DNA from: Malacoraja senta
Taxonomy: Eukaryota
Length of the DNA stretch: 64,000 nucleotides
Direction of reading: 5' to 3'
NCBI GenBank assembly: GCA_038087875.1
Contig: CM075984.1
Location: 4,402,001 to 4,466,000, forward strand
Made by a program: the position numbers and the translations under genes. This document shows positions 59,714-64,000 of the stretch, one piece after another (position 1 is the stretch's first letter; each line of letters opens with the position of its first letter). The notes beneath the pieces were generated by a model, which was not told the DNA's origin, ran no database searches, and saw nothing but the letters and a program-made list of their open reading frames with translations.

Positions 59714-59946
59714 ACACTAAATGCTGGAGTATCTCAGCGGGACAGGCAGCATCCCTGGAGAGAAGCATTGGGTGTAGTTTCGGGTCGAGACCCTTCATCA
59801 GACTAAGAGTCAGGGGAGAGGGAGACACGGAGATAAGAAAGGGTGAGGTAAGGAAGAAGGGTCCCGACACCACACGTCACCCATTCCTTCTATCCAGAGA
59901 TGCTGCCTGTCCCGCTGAGTTACTCCAGCATTTAGTGTCTACCTTC
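59714..59946. mobile_element. Penelope-derived inverted composite
   Basis: The minus arm has the canonical CUGAUGA hammerhead core (59774-59801). A plus arm follows. Confidence 0.8.
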
Positions 59947-60424
59947 ACAATAAAGGCATGCATTGTTGGTGAAATGCATCATCACCTTCAGCACACAAGA
60001 ACAGCCCTTTGTCATTTGAGGAATAGTGTGTTTGAAAATCAAAACCTTAAAGCTGGCACTAAACACATGGTCTACAGTGCAGCAATGATGCTGTATTCCT
60101 TATGCCTCTGTATTGTGAACTACCCACAGCAGCTTCCTCAATGCACTGCGGACATAATGCCAACCCTCACTCTGCAAAACCCACCAATTCTAATGGCAAG
60201 ATAACAAACAAATCTCCCAAGCAAACATTCCCAGCATTGATGTCCCAATTACTTGATACCTCAGAAGTCTTGAAACAGATATTCTGAGTTGTATCAAGCC
60301 TAGAGATTAACTTGTGGACAGAGAAAACAGTCTACGGATGTTCTCAAAACCTGCAGGAACATGTTTATCAACTCAGTGGACTCCAAGGAATCCCTGGTCC
60401 ATGGCTGCTAAAAACAAAGAAGGA

Positions 60425-60850
60425 ATTCATCGCCACAGACGGCTGTGGAGGCCAAATCAATGGATATTTTTAAGGTGAAGATTGACAGATTTTTGATTAG
60501 TAAGGGTGTCAGGGGTTATGGGGTGAAGGCAGGAGAATGGGGTTGAGAGGGAAAGATAGATCAGCCATGATTGAATGGCGGAGTAGTGTTTATGAGCTGA
60601 ATGGTCTAATTCTGCTCGAACTTATGAACAACAGAGAGTTGTGAGTAGGTGGAATTCTCTGCGGTGGAGGCCAGTTCTCTGGATACTTTCAAGAGAGAGC
60701 TAGATAGGGCTCTTCAAGATAGCGGAGTCAGGGGATATGGGGAGAAGGCAGGGACGGAATACTGATTGGGGATGATCAGCCATGATCGCATTGAATGGCG
60801 GTGCTGGCTCGAAGGACCGAATGGCCTACTCCTGCACCTATTGTCTATTG
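60425..60850 (+). mobile_element. Two tandem CR1 3' ends of different subfamilies
   Basis: Two successive AVEA.S..FK.E.D coding ends, each with a gatcagccatga 3'UTR. Confidence 0.82.
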
Positions 60851-61269
60851 AACATTAGTTGGAATGTAATTGAGAATCTTGAGTCCATACATTAGAAATG
60901 CTCACCAGCTGTATGTAATTAGGGGAAGCAGTCCATTGCCTCCTGTAGTACCATTCCACCCTCTCCATCAAGCAACCCTTGCCCCACCCATGGCACTTGA
61001 GTCTATAGGTCCCATTTTGGCCCCGTCAGCCACTTCAAAATCCATAGCTTTGGACTGGAAGCGATCATTTTCAATACCACTGAACTACTCAAAGAAAGGG
61101 CAGACCTTATGTAATGTAGTTGTGTGTTTTTCGTGATAATGCTGAGTATGTTTGCAAGACAGTCAGAAACGGACTCCACAGCTAAGTTTTGCTCAGCTGC
61201 CCACAGTACAAACCTTCTCCATTGTTAAGTGACCATATAAAAGCTTATTTTTGAATATCTAGTATCCTG

Positions 61270-61747
61270 ATCCAACTTTGGTAATGGTGCAGAAGTGGTT
61301 TATCAGAATGCTGACGGAATTACGAGGAGAGGTTGGACAAACTTGGATTGTTTTCTATGGAATGTTGGAAGTTGAGAGGAGACCAGATTGAAGTATATTC
61401 AATTATGGGAGCAATGGATAGGATCAGAGCATTTTTTTCCAGGGTGGAAATGTCAAAGACAAGAGCGCATAGCTTTAAGGTGAGAGGGGTAAATTTAAGG
61501 GGAAGCGCAGGGCAAGATTTTTTTAGATAGTGATTTGTGCCTGGAACTTGTTGCCAGAGATTGTGTTGGAGGCAGATAAGATAGTGGAGTTTAAGAGGAT
61601 TTTAGATAGGCACATGGATATGCAGGGAATGGAGGGATATGTATCATGTGAAGGCAAAGGAGATTTGTTTAACATGGCATAATGTTTGACATAGAATTTG
61701 TGGGCCGAAGGGCCTGTTCTTGTCCTGCGCTGTTTTATGTTCTATAA
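61270..61747 (+). mobile_element. CR1 3' fragment
   Basis: LDKLGLFSME..LRGD.IEVY..TRAHSFKVRG. Confidence 0.8.
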
Positions 61748-61750
61748 TAA

Positions 61751-62068
61751 AGGGCCTGTCCCACTGTACGAGTTCACCCAAGAGCTCTCCCAAGTTTAAA
61801 AAAAAAATCAAACTCGTGGTAAGCACGTAGAATGTACGCAGCGGGTACGTCGGAGCTCGGGACGTCTCTTAGCGGCTCGTAACGCTAACGGCAGGTACTC
61901 GGGAAACGCGGTAAGCTCGTGAAGACTCGTGAAGATTTTTCAACATGTGGAAAAATGTCCACGAGAGCCCCGAGTACCCACGAGCGGCTATTACTGTAAT
62001 TCTCCGAGTTCGAATCAGGGGAAACTCGGGAGAACTCTTGATGTAGCTCGTACAGTGGGACAGGCCCT
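61751..62068. mobile_element. PIF/Harbinger-type MITE
   Basis: TIR AGGGCCTGTCCCACTGTACGAG. TAA TSD at 61748-61750 and 62069-62071. Confidence 0.9.
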
Positions 62069-63157
62069 TAAGTTTACCCTTATTTAAATGTTCAGGCAGT
62101 TTTTGGACTCACATTATCAATGCAACCTTTCATATTCAGTGGAGGGGTGGGAGCCAAAACTACTGTGTACACAACAGCAACTGTAACCCAGTGGTTGTGT
62201 CGAATGCTCCAAATCATTGCTGCAGTTTTTCAGAATTATCGTGGTGCTAAAATTAACAGTCAAAAGGAAAGGAGGTTTCAATTAAAACATGGTGGTTTAG
62301 AAATACACTCGTTGTGCGAGAAGGATGGAGTTGGAATAGTGCACCTGATGTGGCACAAAGCCACACAAATGTGGCAGGCCCTGGGTGTGATCTCTGGATT
62401 TGTATTGCACTGTCAACCCCACTTAAAACAGTAGTACCGGTTCTGCAAGTGGCCTTAAATTAGATCAGCCAGAATTCTTCCTCATGACTGGCTATCCTTC
62501 CTGGTTGATGCAGGTGGGCTGATTAATGGAGGATTTTCAGTTGACCCTCCTGGAAACTATTGCATGTGCACAGTATGTACACTGGGAGAGAATTGTCCTC
62601 CTGACCCTCTTGATTTTCTCCAAGGCACAAGATATTAAAGCAGGGCTAAAATCTCACTGAATTGCATCAAAACTACCAGGCAGTACAAACATTCTGCTCA
62701 ATATTTGTTAGTCAGAAAAAAATTAATCCTTCAAAATAATAACAATCACTGCCATACAGTTACAGGGGATAGAAGTAAATTTATTACAAAGATTTTGTAC
62801 TTGTTGAAATAAAGTGTCAGATCTCACCCTTCATATCCATATTAAATATTCGCACTGGATTGCGTTTCTGCTTTGCAACCTGTTCAAAAGTACATCTACC
62901 TCTTTTGAAAACTTTGAGTGGTTTCAAAGAAATTGCAACATTTTGAGAAACAGCGGTCTCTAAATAATTTATTCGGAAGTATGAGAACAAAATAACTAAC
63001 AATGGAAAATAATTTAACAAAAGAAAAGTTGTAGATGCTGGACATCTGAAATTAAACATGGAGTCCTGCCAGTATTTTTTATTTTTATGTACAAAAAAGA
63101 TAGTCTCAAATTGGCCCAGAGTATTAGGTTTATTCTATATCTATTACTCTGCCATTG

Positions 63158-63335
63158 ATGACGTCTGGGGTCGAGGCCCTTCTTCAGACTGAATTCTTCA
63201 GTTGAGTCTGAAGAAGGGTCTCGACCCGAAACATCACCCATTCCTTCTCTCCAGAGATGCTGCCTGTCCCGCTGAGTTACGCCAGCTTTTTGTGTCTATC
63301 TTCGGTTTAAACTAGCATCTGCAGTTCCTTCCTAC
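63158..63335. mobile_element. Penelope-derived element with back-to-back hammerhead motifs
   Basis: Minus motif at 63160-63187 and plus motif at 63208-63235. TSD ACTCTG(C/T)CATTG at 63146-63157 and 63336-63347. Confidence 0.85.
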
Positions 63336-64000
63336 ACTCTGTCATTGGTTAGAGTTATTGTCGACCATTTGTCCCAGTAATTTGTCCTTCACTTATCTGA
63401 TGTTTGAGATTCATTGTTCATCTCTAATTGAGGAGGTAGTTAAGAGTCAACCACATTGGTGGGTTTGGAGTCACTTATCGGTCAGACTGGGTAAAGAGTC
63501 CTTCCAAAATTATATTTATCAGAATGTTTTCTGCTGGACAAGCTGTTTTATATTTAATTTCCAGATTTATTTAGTGCTTGAATTTAAATTCTCCAGATGC
63601 CATGCAGCATGAATGATCTAGGCTGTGGCCATCATTTAACCAGTACATTGGCAAACTGTAACCAACACATGCATTCTGTTTTGGTTTAACGAAGAATTTC
63701 ATTGTTCAGGTTCCCATGTGACAAATGAACACTCTTGATTCCTCTCATGAATCCTAATTCTAATTATTCTGTTGGACAGTCAACAAGACTCTGGTACTTA
63801 TCGGACATCTAACCACTATTTCACAAAATAACCACTGTTAAGCTCCTCACCATCACACCAGATGATATCAAAATAATCAGTCACGGCAAAGAGCTACAAT
63901 GTTGGAATGGATTTTATTCACCATCATTCCAATCAAAGTGAATACATTTGGCGTTGCGATGATAAAGAAAACTTGAGTAGGTTCGTCTGTCACCGTAGCA

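Overview
This is eukaryotic, repeat-rich vertebrate DNA with five N gaps. It is most likely an elasmobranch (skate/ray/shark), inferred from HE1-type V-SINEs and abundant CR1 LINEs sharing their tails. No host protein-coding gene can be confidently identified, only a few weak candidate exons. The window contains: a near full-length CR1 LINE (90-bp 5' monomers, intact esterase ORF1, frameshifted ORF2) and many CR1 fragments; Rex1/Babar fragments and a Rex1-tailed ~730-bp non-autonomous family; a deleted Tc1; five PIF/Harbinger-type MITEs; a non-autonomous Helitron with a minisatellite; an RTE-derived bipartite SINE; and about 20 Penelope-like (PLE) remnants. The most interesting signals are non-coding catalytic-RNA folds that the ORF track does not show. 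(1) Two copies of a ~139-bp TSD-flanked retroelement whose first 54 nt form a complete minimal HDV/CPEB3-like ribozyme starting exactly at nucleotide 1. (2) A related HDV-like fold at the head of the RTE-derived SINE. (3) A dense family of tiny PLE-derived insertions built around a minimal hammerhead motif, often as fold-back structures enclosed by single TSDs. All ribozyme calls are structural predictions made by eye and are untested.
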